Assembly (NCBI GenBank): GCA_963789265.1 | Contig: CAWBKB010000003.1 | Span: forward strand, 384,001 to 448,000 | Source: an uncultured delta proteobacterium | GTDB taxonomy: Bacteria; Desulfobacterota; Desulfomonilia; Desulfomonilales; Desulfomonilaceae | Length of the DNA stretch: 64,000 bases | Reading direction: 5' to 3' | Shown here: piece after piece, positions 1 through 9,797 of the stretch | How the letters are laid out: each line of letters begins with the position of its first letter | Numbering within the stretch: position 1 is the stretch's first letter | Made by a program: the position numbers and the translations under genes | The notes under the pieces: generated by a model | Told to the model about the DNA's origin: nothing | Database searches by the model: none | The model's input: only the letters and a program-made list of their open reading frames with translations

Positions 1-176
1 ATCCTCCCATCCGCTCCTGCTATCTGCTCCGAGGTCCTGCCTCTTCAGACACGAGGGATTCGGACACCTTTGCCTAGTCTTTTAATCATAGGCATCACCC
101 TATGACGCTCTGGGTTTGTGATTCCTGCTTGTGGAGGAGTTAAGGAAGAAGTCACCGGGAAGCGGGCTCACTTGGG

Positions 177-610
177 TCAATGAATCAATGGGTTGCGTAC
201 ATGCAGACCCGCAAACCTGGCGAAATCACGATCGGCCGTCCACAGCTCGGTCACACCATGCAGCCGGCACAGTGCAGCTACTCGGCAATCGTGTACCTGC
301 GGCCCAGTTACTTGCCCCGTCTGAAGCAGAGATCGTAGGTGCAGCCAATAGTCTTCCCCTTCAGATAGAAGAACGAGGCTTGGTGATTCCAGCCAGGCCT
401 CCACCTGGTCAATGGCAATTTCCAGGGCGTAGGAGGGGCGTAGATCCGGGGATGCGTAACGATAGAGAGGAATTCATGAATGCACGGCCAGGGTATCACC
501 CAAGGCGCGCGGCTTTCTGCCAATACGGCCAGCCGATCATAAGCAAGGACGTGCCAGGACGAATCCTCGCGATGTGCATAAACGAGAATGTTGGGGTCAA
601 GGGCTATCAC
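177..610 (-). pseudogene. vapC: VapC (PIN domain) toxin split by a 1-bp frameshift at about 425-427 (possibly a sequencing error)
   Basis: ORFs 308..610 (MIALDPNILVYAH...HEFLSIVTHPRIY) and 177..404 (...VHDCRVAALC...TADRDFARF) join into one PIN protein if one C is added to the CCC run on the minus strand (PTP-LEIAIDQVEAWL). Confidence 0.85.
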
Positions 611-852
611 GCGCCTCGTCCTTTATAAATTTCCTCTCGAATCTGTTCCCAGGAAGCCCCGGTGAGGTGAGGTTGCAGGCCCGTGCCTTTGAAAGATGCC
701 TTTCGGAGCCGAAAATCACCAGGCTTTTTGCGCCTGGAGACAATGAGGCGGAGGCCTTCTTCCACGAGCGCCTTCAGAGTCGTGTGCTCTTTGGCGGCTA
801 ATTTACGTGCTTCTTCGAGGAGGCTATCGGGTATTTGTATGGTAGTTTTCAT
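607..852 (-). CDS. vapB: VapB-family antitoxin
   Basis: MKTTIQIPDSLLEEARKLA...TLKALVEEGLR ribbon-helix-helix pattern; overlaps the vapC start by 4 bp. Confidence 0.85.
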   Translation of the reverse strand: MKTTIQIPDSLLEEARKLAAKEHTTLKALVEEGLRLIVSRRKKPGDFRLRKASFKGTGLQPHLTGASWEQIREEIYKGRGA

Positions 853-925
853 ACGGCTAGCCAACCATCATGTGTGGCAAGACGTCAAGATTGTCTCGCC
901 GTCGGCTTCGTGGGGGCATCCAGGC

Positions 926-952
926 AAAAAAAGACTTGGCAATTGCCAAGTC
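926..952 (-). terminator. Intrinsic terminator after tRNA-Ala
   Basis: GACTTGGC-AATT-GCCAAGTC hairpin followed by T7 on the minus strand. Confidence 0.7.
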
Positions 953-964
953 CTTGTTTCTTTA

Positions 965-1040
<76 letters not shown>

Positions 1041-1091
1041 AGCAACTTTTAATTATAAGACCGAGCCTGAACTTATGTCAATCCTTTCGTA

Positions 1092-2000
1092 CTAACCGTT
1101 GAGGTTCAATGTGAAGCCCAGTATCTCGGCCGGGTTGTTTATCCTTAGAAGGCGATACTGTCCTTCCGAATAGATCTCACCTTCCTTGACTCGATGCATC
1201 ACGTCTTCAATATCCGCGGGTGCAATCTTCGGCTTCTCTTTGAGGGCCTCCAGTTCCGGTATCTGTTGGACTGAAAGGAAGACGTAGATTCTGTCTCCGA
1301 CTCGCTTGGCATCATAGACAAACCCCTTCTTCCCGACCGGGATCAAAATCGGCTCGTGAACCTTAACCTGACCTGTGTCCCTCATTAGAGGCGGCGGCGC
1401 CTTCGCCTTTAGCTTTTTGCCCTTCTTGCCCTTCTTGGGGTTCAGCCGAGTCTTGAGTTTTGCCGGAAACAATAATTCGACGGCCTTAGGCCCTTGCCGC
1501 AAGATGTAGCAATAGCCATCCACATTCGGCTCGAACCTTAATTTATATTGGTCCCCTTTCTTGAGCTGCGTGTCGAAGCTCTCCGGCGGACCGAACCCTT
1601 TTTCTCGTTTGCCCTTGACCAGTAACTGATTGCTCATGCCGATTATCGGATCTGGAATGACGATCTTGTCGCCTGCGGCAACTTTCCCGGTCGTTGATAT
1701 ATCATTGTACTTAGCGAGACCCGAGGCTAGATTTGCGTCGCCCATCAGTTTCTGCGCTACGCTCTCTAGAGTGTCCCCTTCCTTGAATGTGTAGGTGCTG
1801 GTGTTGGGATCGTTCCCATCTTTTTTAGGTTTTGGCAGAGCAGCCCATGGAAAGGCCTTGAAATACTCTGCTTTCATGGTGAGGGGGGGCGGGACTTCTT
1901 CTATGGGAGGAAGGGGCGGAGGCTCGTCTTTCTTTTGAAAATAGGCGCATCCCGTAATCAACCCCAGAATGATGAACACTAAAACAATGTGGCGTTTCAT
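1092..2000 (-). CDS. Lipoprotein with LysM domain and probable DUF4384-like C-terminal domain
   Basis: Lipobox ITGC; YTFKEGDTLESVAQK..LAKYN..GDKIVIP LysM pattern; GDQYKLRFEPNVDGYCYIL..LLFP. Confidence 0.75.
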   Translation of the reverse strand: MKRHIVLVFIILGLITGCAYFQKKDEPPPLPPIEEVPPPLTMKAEYFKAFPWAALPKPKKDGNDPNTSTYTFKEGDTLESVAQKLMGDANLASGLAKYNDISTTGKVAAGDKIVIPDPIIGMSNQLLVKGKREKGFGPPESFDTQLKKGDQYKLRFEPNVDGYCYILRQGPKAVELLFPAKLKTRLNPKKGKKGKKLKAKAPPPLMRDTGQVKVHEPILIPVGKKGFVYDAKRVGDRIYVFLSVQQIPELEALKEKPKIAPADIEDVMHRVKEGEIYSEGQYRLLRINNPAEILGFTLNLNG

Positions 2001-2037
2001 AAGATCCTCCTGGCCCGGCCGTCGCGGCCGTCCGACC

Positions 2038-2649
2038 TCATTTGACAGATCCGGGGGAAGCAGCGGGCGCCTTCAGCGAAGCAGCCGGCCTACGCCGTGA
2101 TATTAGCGGAGCAAGCTCCTGCGCGCCCTTCCACTTTGTGGTTAATAAAAGCCACTGATCTTTCACTTCTTTGGGAGCGTAAGTGAGGGCCTTCCCTGTG
2201 AGTTGGTCCACCGGTTTGATGAGTTTGGAGGTCTTGACCAGAGGCCAGTCGGGTATTCCAATCAGCATCACTTGCACCGATGCAGCGACCACCAGCAGAC
2301 CGGCGGCAATTCCCATGGCGGCTCCGAATACGCGATCCAGCCAACTCAGACGGGTTAGATCTATCAGAGCCTCCAGTACCCGTCGGATAACCACAAAGAT
2401 CATCTGGACAGCGACAAAGATAAGTACCATCGAGAGGATCACTGAAATTTGCGGATCCAGTGCCGATACCTTGCTCAGGTATGCCTGTGCAACAGGGTAA
2501 TACTTGATCGCAAGGGCGACGCCGGCAACTAAACTGGTCAACGCGGTAAGCGATCGAACGAATCCTTTCCATATTCCCAGGATCAGCGTTATGAGCAGCG
2601 TGACCATGATAAAAAGATCGATCGCATTGTAGGCTTCAAGAAAGTTCAT
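2038..2649 (-). CDS. cvpA: CvpA family membrane protein
   Basis: N-terminal IDLFI..GIWKGFVR and LDRVFGAAMG motifs; about four TM segments; ATG at 2649. Confidence 0.85.
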   Translation of the reverse strand: MNFLEAYNAIDLFIMVTLLITLILGIWKGFVRSLTALTSLVAGVALAIKYYPVAQAYLSKVSALDPQISVILSMVLIFVAVQMIFVVIRRVLEALIDLTRLSWLDRVFGAAMGIAAGLLVVAASVQVMLIGIPDWPLVKTSKLIKPVDQLTGKALTYAPKEVKDQWLLLTTKWKGAQELAPLISRRRPAASLKAPAASPGSVK

Positions 2650-2665
2650 GGATTCTTCCCTTGAT

Positions 2666-3775
2666 TCAGGAAGCAAGTTCGAAACTTGATGACGGAAACT
2701 GAGATTCCCCAAGTTCCAACCCGGCTCCCATGGCATATAGCGCTTTGGCTCTCGTCTTGCCGGCCATCACAATCCTCTTCGTCAGGTTCCGTTTCTTTAA
2801 TAGAGGTTCCCTAAAATAAGGATATGTAACTGATCCGACGAGAATAAGTTGTTCATCCAGACTCCTGCACGCCCCAATCAAATCGTCGCCGTCCCTGAAC
2901 AGCATCGGACCGACACCGTCAAATCCCCACCTCACCGGATAATCGGTTTCAATCATCTCATCCGCATCGCAATCAAGCAAAATACAGCCTCCGCGGGATC
3001 TGACCAGCGCGGACAGCTCATGCAAATGTTCCCTGACAAATGGGTCAATGATCGAGGCCATGTCATGGGAACGGGGAAATCCTCCGGCGTGTTCACGAAA
3101 AAATATCATCTTTACTCCCGCATCCAGCATCGCCCCGGCCGCGCCAAGATGAAATCTTTTCCAATAGCGAAAGACCCCGTGAACAAAATCCGGATTGCTT
3201 GTCAACATTCGGCAGGCATTCTTAAAATCGAAGCTCATCCAAAGAGCGTCCCACAGGCCGAAGCCCACTGTACCTGCGATGATAATGCGGCCGCGAGCAA
3301 GCCTCTTCACCCTGTTGTAAAAGCTTCGCACATTGTCTTCTTCGTAAAGCGCCCGAGAGCCGACAGAGATTTCCCAGTCCTGCTTGTTCCGACAGCACCC
3401 TCCCTGGTACGACAGTTCCAGAAGCCCTTCGTGTTGTAGGGTCAGGTCAAAAACTCTTCCCACCCTGTCAACGACAATCCCCCATGCCGGCAAATCCATA
3501 TCCAAGGGGTACAACACTGTGGAGACATCGAATCCTTGCTGAGCATCAATTTCCGTCTTGAACTTGCAGCAGCCGCTGAGAAAACCGTTGAATAGCCCCT
3601 TACGACTCACTCTTCGCGGCGAGCGGTTCATAATGCGGCCCCAGAAAAGGTGCTTGTACGCGCAGGCATCGTTGAAAAATAAGGAATTCGGACGCGTGAG
3701 ATCTCCCATGGGAGAGAGCGTTGCCGGTTCATTCCTATCACTTAGCATCTTTTTTATAGATTTTACAGGGGGCAT
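2666..3775 (-). CDS. Divergent uroporphyrinogen decarboxylase / MtaA-CmuA superfamily protein
   Basis: WG..VD motif, GLWDALWMSFDF, NPDFVH, MLDAGV, GFDGVGP and LILVG pattern of a UROD-like barrel. Confidence 0.55.
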   Translation of the reverse strand: MPPVKSIKKMLSDRNEPATLSPMGDLTRPNSLFFNDACAYKHLFWGRIMNRSPRRVSRKGLFNGFLSGCCKFKTEIDAQQGFDVSTVLYPLDMDLPAWGIVVDRVGRVFDLTLQHEGLLELSYQGGCCRNKQDWEISVGSRALYEEDNVRSFYNRVKRLARGRIIIAGTVGFGLWDALWMSFDFKNACRMLTSNPDFVHGVFRYWKRFHLGAAGAMLDAGVKMIFFREHAGGFPRSHDMASIIDPFVREHLHELSALVRSRGGCILLDCDADEMIETDYPVRWGFDGVGPMLFRDGDDLIGACRSLDEQLILVGSVTYPYFREPLLKKRNLTKRIVMAGKTRAKALYAMGAGLELGESQFPSSSFELAS

Positions 3776-4009
3776 TGGACTTCCGTTTGCACAGATCCCG
3801 GACCGCTCTCTTGTATTATTAAGTCACTTATTTGTCAATAAAAATCACAATGTTCCATGTAAAAGTTAAAGTTAACCCACCGCCTGTGCGTTAAACGCGG
3901 CGGCAACGTCTTTATTTTTTTTACAGGTTCTTCGGTGGTATGCCTGGTTGACATCCCGGTACACAACGATGTTAAGCTATTGCTACATCCCTTTGAGGCG
4001 AAGGCGACT

Positions 4010-4747
4010 ATGAAACGAATACGGAGCGAAAGTCGGGGTCCGGAGCAACTCAGAGATTGCAAAATTACCAGTGGCGTGCTCGACTACGCGGAAGGGTCCG
4101 CGTTAATAGAGGCCGGTCGTACACGTGTCATGTGCGCAGCGAGCATTGAAGACAAGGTGCCATCGTTCTTGAAGAACGAAGGGCGTGGTTGGGTAACCGC
4201 CGAATACGCGATGCTGCCTCGCTCCACTGTTACACGTTCGTCTCGAGAACGTGGTTCTCGGATAGGCGGCCGAACTATGGAGATACAGCGGTTGATCGGG
4301 CGATCTCTGCGTTGCGTAACCGATTTGTCCGCGCTGGGAGAGCGCACAATTACGGTGGACTGTGATGTGCTCCAGGCCGACGGAGGGACGCGGGTAGCCT
4401 CTATCAGCGCGGCATGGGTGGCCCTTTATTGTGCCTGCGCAACTTTAGTGACGACCGGCAAACTGGCATCGAACCCGCTCAGGGACTCCGTGGCCGCTGT
4501 AAGTGTGGGCCTGGTGGGGAACGAGATGTTGCTGGATCTGAACTACGAAGAAGATTCCGCGGCCGAAGTTGACATGAACGTGGTCATGACAGGTCGGAGA
4601 CGGCTGGTAGAGGTTCAGGCTACAGCGGAAGGGGCCCCCTTTTCCTTAGCACGATTGAATTCTCTGGTCCAACTGGCACAAAAAGGGATCACGCTTATCC
4701 AACAGATTCAGATGCAGGCCATCGAGGGACGCGCGGATGCGTTGTGA
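4010..4747 (+). CDS. rph: Ribonuclease PH
   Basis: [72 protein letters not shown]. Confidence 0.97.
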   Translation: MKRIRSESRGPEQLRDCKITSGVLDYAEGSALIEAGRTRVMCAASIEDKVPSFLKNEGRGWVTAEYAMLPRSTVTRSSRERGSRIGGRTMEIQRLIGRSLRCVTDLSALGERTITVDCDVLQADGGTRVASISAAWVALYCACATLVTTGKLASNPLRDSVAAVSVGLVGNEMLLDLNYEEDSAAEVDMNVVMTGRRRLVEVQATAEGAPFSLARLNSLVQLAQKGITLIQQIQMQAIEGRADAL

Positions 4748-4774
4748 TTCTCCAATGGCAGAGCGCCAGGGTTA

Positions 4775-6052
4775 TTATTTCCCGGGATTTTCCGAACGGG
4801 CGCTGGCCCCGCTTTTCAGGTCCGGGAGGCCGCTTGAAATATTGGAGGATTCTTCGTTGTTGGTGCCGACAAGTGCGGCAATCTTTTCCGTCAACGCGGC
4901 CCGGTGTTTCTCATCTGTTGTAAGCTTCACTGCATGTCGGTAGTCTTCGGCGGCCTTTGGCGCGAGTCCCTTCATAATCCAAATCAAAGCGCGGTTTTCA
5001 TAGAACGTAGGGTTTTGGGGATCGAGCGATACTGCCTTGGAGTAGGCAGCCAACGCTTTGTCGAATTCGCCGCGCTCGTGATAAACCAGCCCCAGGTTGT
5101 TGTACGCCACCGCATCTTTGGGGTTCAATTCCAGGGCCTTGTTATAATCCGCGAGAGCTTTATCTGCTTCTTTCATCTTGTAGTACGCGTCCGCTCTTAC
5201 TCGATAAATCTCCGAATTTGACGGATCCTTTTCGAGCGCGGCGTCAAAATCCTCGATAGCCTTTTGGTGCTTGCCCTCTTTATGATATGTCAGACCGCGA
5301 TCGCGCAGAGCAGGAACGTACCCGGGGTAGACTTTCAGAGTTTTTGTCCAAAGATTGATTGCCTTTTTTTCCTGCCCTTCCCGGTATTCCTGCAGGCCCT
5401 CCTTGTGCAGCTCCTCGGCATACATCTTACGAATCTTTGTTATTCGCTTTTCTACGCCCGGCAGGCTTTCGCGACCTCCACTCGCGTCAACAGCTTTAAT
5501 GTACGCTTCCAGGGATTTCTCGTAATCCTTTTTCTGCTCGTAGATCTCCCCTAGTCCCTGATATGCACGCACATTCTTCTTATTTAGTGAGACACCCTGA
5601 CGCAACTGTTTGACGGCCTTGTCAAGCTCCCCTTTGTCTTTAAGCACCAGACCCAGTGTTGTGTGAATTACACTGTCTCTCTTCCCGTGTTTGAGAGCAC
5701 CGGTGAGGTCTGACAAGGCGCCGTCCAGATCACCTTTTTTGTAACGCGCGTTGCCCCTGTTCGCCAAAGCATTGTTGTAATCAGGCTTGATTTCCAGGGC
5801 TCGGTTGTAGTCCTCGATGGCCTTGTCCAGCAATCCCTTGCGCTTGTATGCCACTCCTCTGTTGTTGTACGAGAGATGGTCCTGAGGATCCAACTGTATG
5901 GACTTCGTAAACAAGGAGATCGCGTCGTCCAGATGACCTTGACTGAGAGCGTCTACGCCCTGGTTGTAGAAATCTACAGCATTTTGCTGGGAAAATGCCG
6001 CAACTGGTGTGAACAATACGAAGAAACTCAAACAAAACAGTAGCTTTTTCAT
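4775..6052 (-). CDS. Exported tetratricopeptide repeat protein
   Basis: Signal peptide plus many TPR units (YNNRGVAY..KAIEDYNRALEIKP). Confidence 0.9.
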   Translation of the reverse strand: MKKLLFCLSFFVLFTPVAAFSQQNAVDFYNQGVDALSQGHLDDAISLFTKSIQLDPQDHLSYNNRGVAYKRKGLLDKAIEDYNRALEIKPDYNNALANRGNARYKKGDLDGALSDLTGALKHGKRDSVIHTTLGLVLKDKGELDKAVKQLRQGVSLNKKNVRAYQGLGEIYEQKKDYEKSLEAYIKAVDASGGRESLPGVEKRITKIRKMYAEELHKEGLQEYREGQEKKAINLWTKTLKVYPGYVPALRDRGLTYHKEGKHQKAIEDFDAALEKDPSNSEIYRVRADAYYKMKEADKALADYNKALELNPKDAVAYNNLGLVYHERGEFDKALAAYSKAVSLDPQNPTFYENRALIWIMKGLAPKAAEDYRHAVKLTTDEKHRAALTEKIAALVGTNNEESSNISSGLPDLKSGASARSENPGK

Positions 6053-6393
6053 GGTGCCTGGAGTCTCCTACAATTTGCTCCGCCTTCGCCCGTTAGCACA
6101 AACTTCCACGTCCCGTTATCATTCCTTGGTCCATAGGAGAGGCGGGGGCCGCGCGCGCCTCTCAGTGTATTGAGTCAATATATCATATTATTAACCATAT
6201 AACCAGTTCAGATCAGCAAAAATGCAAGACTTTAGGATAACATTTGCAATCTATTATTTTTGCTTGACAGCGTTCTGCGCCGATGTTAAAGAGCCTTTTC
6301 AATGAAGCCCGACAACGGGCTAAATTCAGTATCCTTAGCTTGAGTCTACGCCCTCAAGTATATATTTAAAGATCTACCAAAGGAGGATCCGGT

Positions 6394-6858
6394 ATGGTGA
6401 CAAGAGTGACCACAATACTGTTCTGTGTGGGGATATGCTTGTGTGCGGTGATGATCTCCCTTTGTCACGCGGGTGGTCCGGTGGCTTGCGCTGAGCCTTA
6501 TTGTGCTCAGGCCCCCCAACCATGCGGCCCGCCGCCTTGCGCGCCGCCCACCTGTGGCGCTCCAACTCCCTTTTCTTTTTGTGGTGGTATCTTGGGCGCG
6601 TGCAGCGGGATTTGCGGCGCAGTTATCGGCATCCCCGCGGCGATCATGGGGGGCATTCTGGCGCCTCCGAGACTGCCCGGCGCCGGCTGCGCTCCGCCGA
6701 TGTGCTCTCGACCCGCCTGCCCGCCTCCGGTATGTCAGCCTCAAATGTGCTGCGCACCACCCATGTGCGCGCCTCCTCCTTGTCCTCGGCCCATAACCAA
6801 GTGCCGACCCACAGCCTGCGGACCGGGTTATGCTTACGGGCCGGTAGGGTATCGCTGA
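6394..6858 (+). CDS. Exported Cys/Pro-rich protein of unknown function
   Basis: AAGGAGGA RBS; signal peptide; 22 Cys in 154 aa with CxPPx periodicity. Confidence 0.7.
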   Translation: MVTRVTTILFCVGICLCAVMISLCHAGGPVACAEPYCAQAPQPCGPPPCAPPTCGAPTPFSFCGGILGACSGICGAVIGIPAAIMGGILAPPRLPGAGCAPPMCSRPACPPPVCQPQMCCAPPMCAPPPCPRPITKCRPTACGPGYAYGPVGYR

Positions 6859-7063
6859 CGGCCGTGCCGAGTCCCCGCCATTGGGGCAAGAGTCGAAAAG
6901 AACAATTGGATGTAAAAGTCTTGCTTGAGGATTTGTCCTGGCTGTCGCCTCTTGGTGCTGATTCCGGAGTGGCACGCGGCCAATGTGCAAAGCTGATGTC
7001 GGTGTGACGTCTCGTGAAAACTTGAACAAAAACCGATGTCAAGAACATAGGCCGGCATACGAC

Positions 7064-7109
7064 TCCCTTCCCCCTGTGTCAAAGGGGGCGTAGAGAGATT
7101 TTGAAAGCG
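7064..7109. repeat. Degenerate CCCC/GGGG palindromic repeat, related to 21013..21063
   Basis: C-rich/G-rich inverted arms ending in the shared GATTTTGAAAGCG. Confidence 0.45.
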
Positions 7110-7154
7110 AGGATGAGATTCGCTTCAAGCAAAAGTCGTCAAGATTCGAAGTTG

Positions 7155-7341
7155 CGGCTCCGACAGTTACACGAGGAGCCGGCCAATAGACCTTAGGGAA
7201 GTTCAACGGATCAGGGCGTCTACCGATGGTTCGGTGGGAAAAACCCTGATCACAGCCGAGGGGGTGAAGTGGGATCCCCTCTTTTTGTTAAACCCCAATT
7301 CCTCCTTATCCACGGGGACGCTCAACGTCCCCGTTTTTTTT
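7155..7341 (+). ncRNA. Candidate structured small RNA
   Basis: Three hairpins, an unpaired CCTCCTT, then an intrinsic terminator; no convincing ORF. Confidence 0.4.
7312..7341 (+). terminator. Intrinsic terminator
   Basis: ACGGGGACG-CTCAA-CGTCCCCGT followed by a T run. Confidence 0.8.
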
Positions 7342-7422
7342 GAGGAAAGCATTGAGAACCGCGATTCTTGCATCGCCGGGTATGCTCATCCTTCCTAAGT
7401 TGTAGAATGACACTGGCGCACC

Positions 7423-8019
7423 TTACCGAGTCTCCTCGTTGGATGCCGGACCCCTGAGCAGTCCCCAGATGGGCGGGCAAGCGGCGACCGGGACGATTTG
7501 CTCAATCACCTCAAATCCATGCTTCGAATAGAAGTCTAAATTCCTGCGATTGGAACTCTCCAGGTAAACAGCAATTCCGTCCTCATCTGCTTTCCGAAGG
7601 ACCTGCCTGAGCAGTACACCTCCCAAGCCTTTTCTCTGATGATCCGGATGCACTCCCAGGACCAGGATGTACCAGTGTGGCTGGCGAGGGCGTATCTTAT
7701 CAAACTTATTAAAGATCTTAACCCATTGTTCCATCACGCGATAGGGCGCAAAAGACAGTGACTTCAGAATCAGTTTGGTTAACACGGCCATCATCTGAAA
7801 AAACGGGGGAGGGTACTCTTCCGGCGGAGACGCGCCGATCACTCCCGCGCACTCCTTATTGGCCGTCGCGACAGTCCATGTCTTTGCGGATAGTCCCAAA
7901 ACGAAGTCCAGTCCTGTGGAGAGTCCCTTGGTCCGGGATCCTGCTTCCGGCAACAAGAATTCACTCAACGGATCGTGGAAAAACGCGGCTGTCAAAGTTT
8001 CGATACGGGGATCTCCCAT
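7423..8019 (-). CDS. GNAT family N-acetyltransferase
   Basis: HWYILVLGVHPDHQRKGLGGVLL, VYLESSNRRNLDFYSKHGF. Confidence 0.9.
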   Translation of the reverse strand: MGDPRIETLTAAFFHDPLSEFLLPEAGSRTKGLSTGLDFVLGLSAKTWTVATANKECAGVIGASPPEEYPPPFFQMMAVLTKLILKSLSFAPYRVMEQWVKIFNKFDKIRPRQPHWYILVLGVHPDHQRKGLGGVLLRQVLRKADEDGIAVYLESSNRRNLDFYSKHGFEVIEQIVPVAACPPIWGLLRGPASNEETR

Positions 8020-8283
8020 TATGAAACCGTGCGGAAAATTTGTGCAGCGAGCCCGTAAGATTCTCGCACTTCACATGAATCAGAAATTTTACTGCCATGT
8101 CAACAACAAGAAAAGCCTAAGCGGTGAGTTCCTTTTCGCTTCAAAGAGAAGTTGTCAGCCCTTCTTTAGCGCCACCTGCCTAGATTCCATTTCCTTTAGG
8201 TTAGCACGGAAAAATCTGGTTGATTTCAAAACAATGTCCGGAGATAATCAATTGCAATGAAATTATGGAAAAAGGGGGTTGTA

Positions 8284-8715
8284 ATGGAATTTATTAAGAA
8301 ATTCGCCGTTGTTTTGGCCGTATCTTTTGCCCTCGTGGGGTGCGGTTCGTCGATGGACAAACAGGTTTCTAAATTGTCGGCAACAGTAACAAAGCTTGAA
8401 CAAGAGACTGCGCAATCAAAGGAAGCCGTCAACAAACTCCAGCAGGAGGTCACCGAGGCCAAGGAGTCCATCAGTAAGATGGAAAAAACGATGACTCAAT
8501 CAATAAAGACGGCAGTTAGTAAGCTGGAACAAGGGCAAACCTCTTTCAAGGCAGATCAGGAGCAGTCCTTGGCGCAGCTAAAGGCAACATTGACGAAACT
8601 CCAGGAGGAAATTTCTAAAGCAAAGCAGAGCGTCAAGCCAGCGGAAAAGAGTGCCGCTCCAGCGGAAAATAAAGCCGCTCCGAAGGAAAGCCCTCAAACG
8701 CCCCCGGCTCAGTAG
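8284..8715 (+). CDS. Coiled-coil lipoprotein
   Basis: Lipobox LVGC; heptad-rich helix; Ala/Pro-rich tail. Confidence 0.75.
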   Translation: MEFIKKFAVVLAVSFALVGCGSSMDKQVSKLSATVTKLEQETAQSKEAVNKLQQEVTEAKESISKMEKTMTQSIKTAVSKLEQGQTSFKADQEQSLAQLKATLTKLQEEISKAKQSVKPAEKSAAPAENKAAPKESPQTPPAQ

Positions 8716-9032
8716 ACCGATCCATTGAGCCGGAACGCGTCCATTTTGTGTGCCGGGAAGAGACACAAGGAAATTGCGACGATAAAATCTCTGGCGAGCA
8801 GTCGGATGTGCCTGTGAAAGAGCAGCGTTGATTAAGGTCGATCCATGACGGGCAATTCGGGAATATAGAGGAGCCTGAATTTTAGCTCTCACGTCATTTC
8901 GTTTTCGTACAAGTAATGCGGCGGGCACTGATGCCCGTCGCTTTCATTTCCAGGGCCGACAGGGACGGGACATCGGCCAATGCGTGCATCTGTTGGTTAA
9001 TCGACCGTCAAATAGTGTCAGGCCGCTCAAAA

Positions 9033-9554
9033 TCAGCGGTTTTTCCATTCTTCTTTGGTCTCATTCCTTAAGCGTTTCTTCCGATCTTTCCTCGTCTGTC
9101 GAGCCATCATGTCCTCTCTGATCTTGTCATGCCGCTCTCTTCTTTCAATGTCTTCCAACTCGGCCTGTGCTCTCAGCTTTTCGAAGCGAATCTTGGCCTC
9201 GTAGCTCCTAATTCGCTGTTCGCTTATAAGCGCCTCCTCGATTTTTTGCCAATCCTCATCGCCGCCGCAGCACCAGGAAATATGCTTGCGGACCAGAGAT
9301 CCAGGGATACCTTGGATGTACATCCCGCAACAGGGGCATGCGTCAACGTCCTCTTCCCCGGCGGGTTTCCTGAGGACATACCCTTCGTTCTCCAGCTCTT
9401 CGAGGGAGCATTCTCTTTGGATCCAGAGATCCCTTCTACGCAGGTACCCCCAACCGGGCCGTTCCGCCCATATTGTTTCCAGCATTTGGTCAGGGGCATC
9501 CGGTCGGCATGTGTAACTCGCGGGGTGGATCCAGAACGTCTGTTGACTTTTCAT
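9033..9554 (-). CDS. Hypothetical protein with CxxC..HxxxC putative zinc finger and charged coiled coil
   Basis: CPCCG..RKHISWCC followed by an E/R/K-rich helix. Confidence 0.65.
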   Translation of the reverse strand: MKSQQTFWIHPASYTCRPDAPDQMLETIWAERPGWGYLRRRDLWIQRECSLEELENEGYVLRKPAGEEDVDACPCCGMYIQGIPGSLVRKHISWCCGGDEDWQKIEEALISEQRIRSYEAKIRFEKLRAQAELEDIERRERHDKIREDMMARQTRKDRKKRLRNETKEEWKNR

Positions 9555-9797
9555 GGGCCCGTGTGAAGTCTGCAGGTACTGCGACCGTCAAGGAAGTTTG
9601 CCGCTTTGACTCCGTCCGGTGGTCAAACCAGACTCGTTCCGCACTTGCAACCAGTTGGACGGCAGGCTCGCTTGACAGACCTTCCCGATATTAACTAAGC
9701 TGATTGGTATGGTCAATGATTGTAGCCAGGCTTTCGGATGCAACCCGATAGAGAGCCAAAGTGTTTCCGCTTTTTAGCTATTGTTGGGAAATCCATT

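Noticed and set aside
6346..7048. Alternative-frame ORFs over the Cys/Pro-rich gene
   Set aside because: Arg-rich by-products of GC-rich sequence with no RBS or signal peptide, unlike 6394..6858.
7155..7341. 6S RNA, SRP RNA or tmRNA
   Set aside because: Separate local hairpins rather than one long rod; no recognisable consensus motifs.
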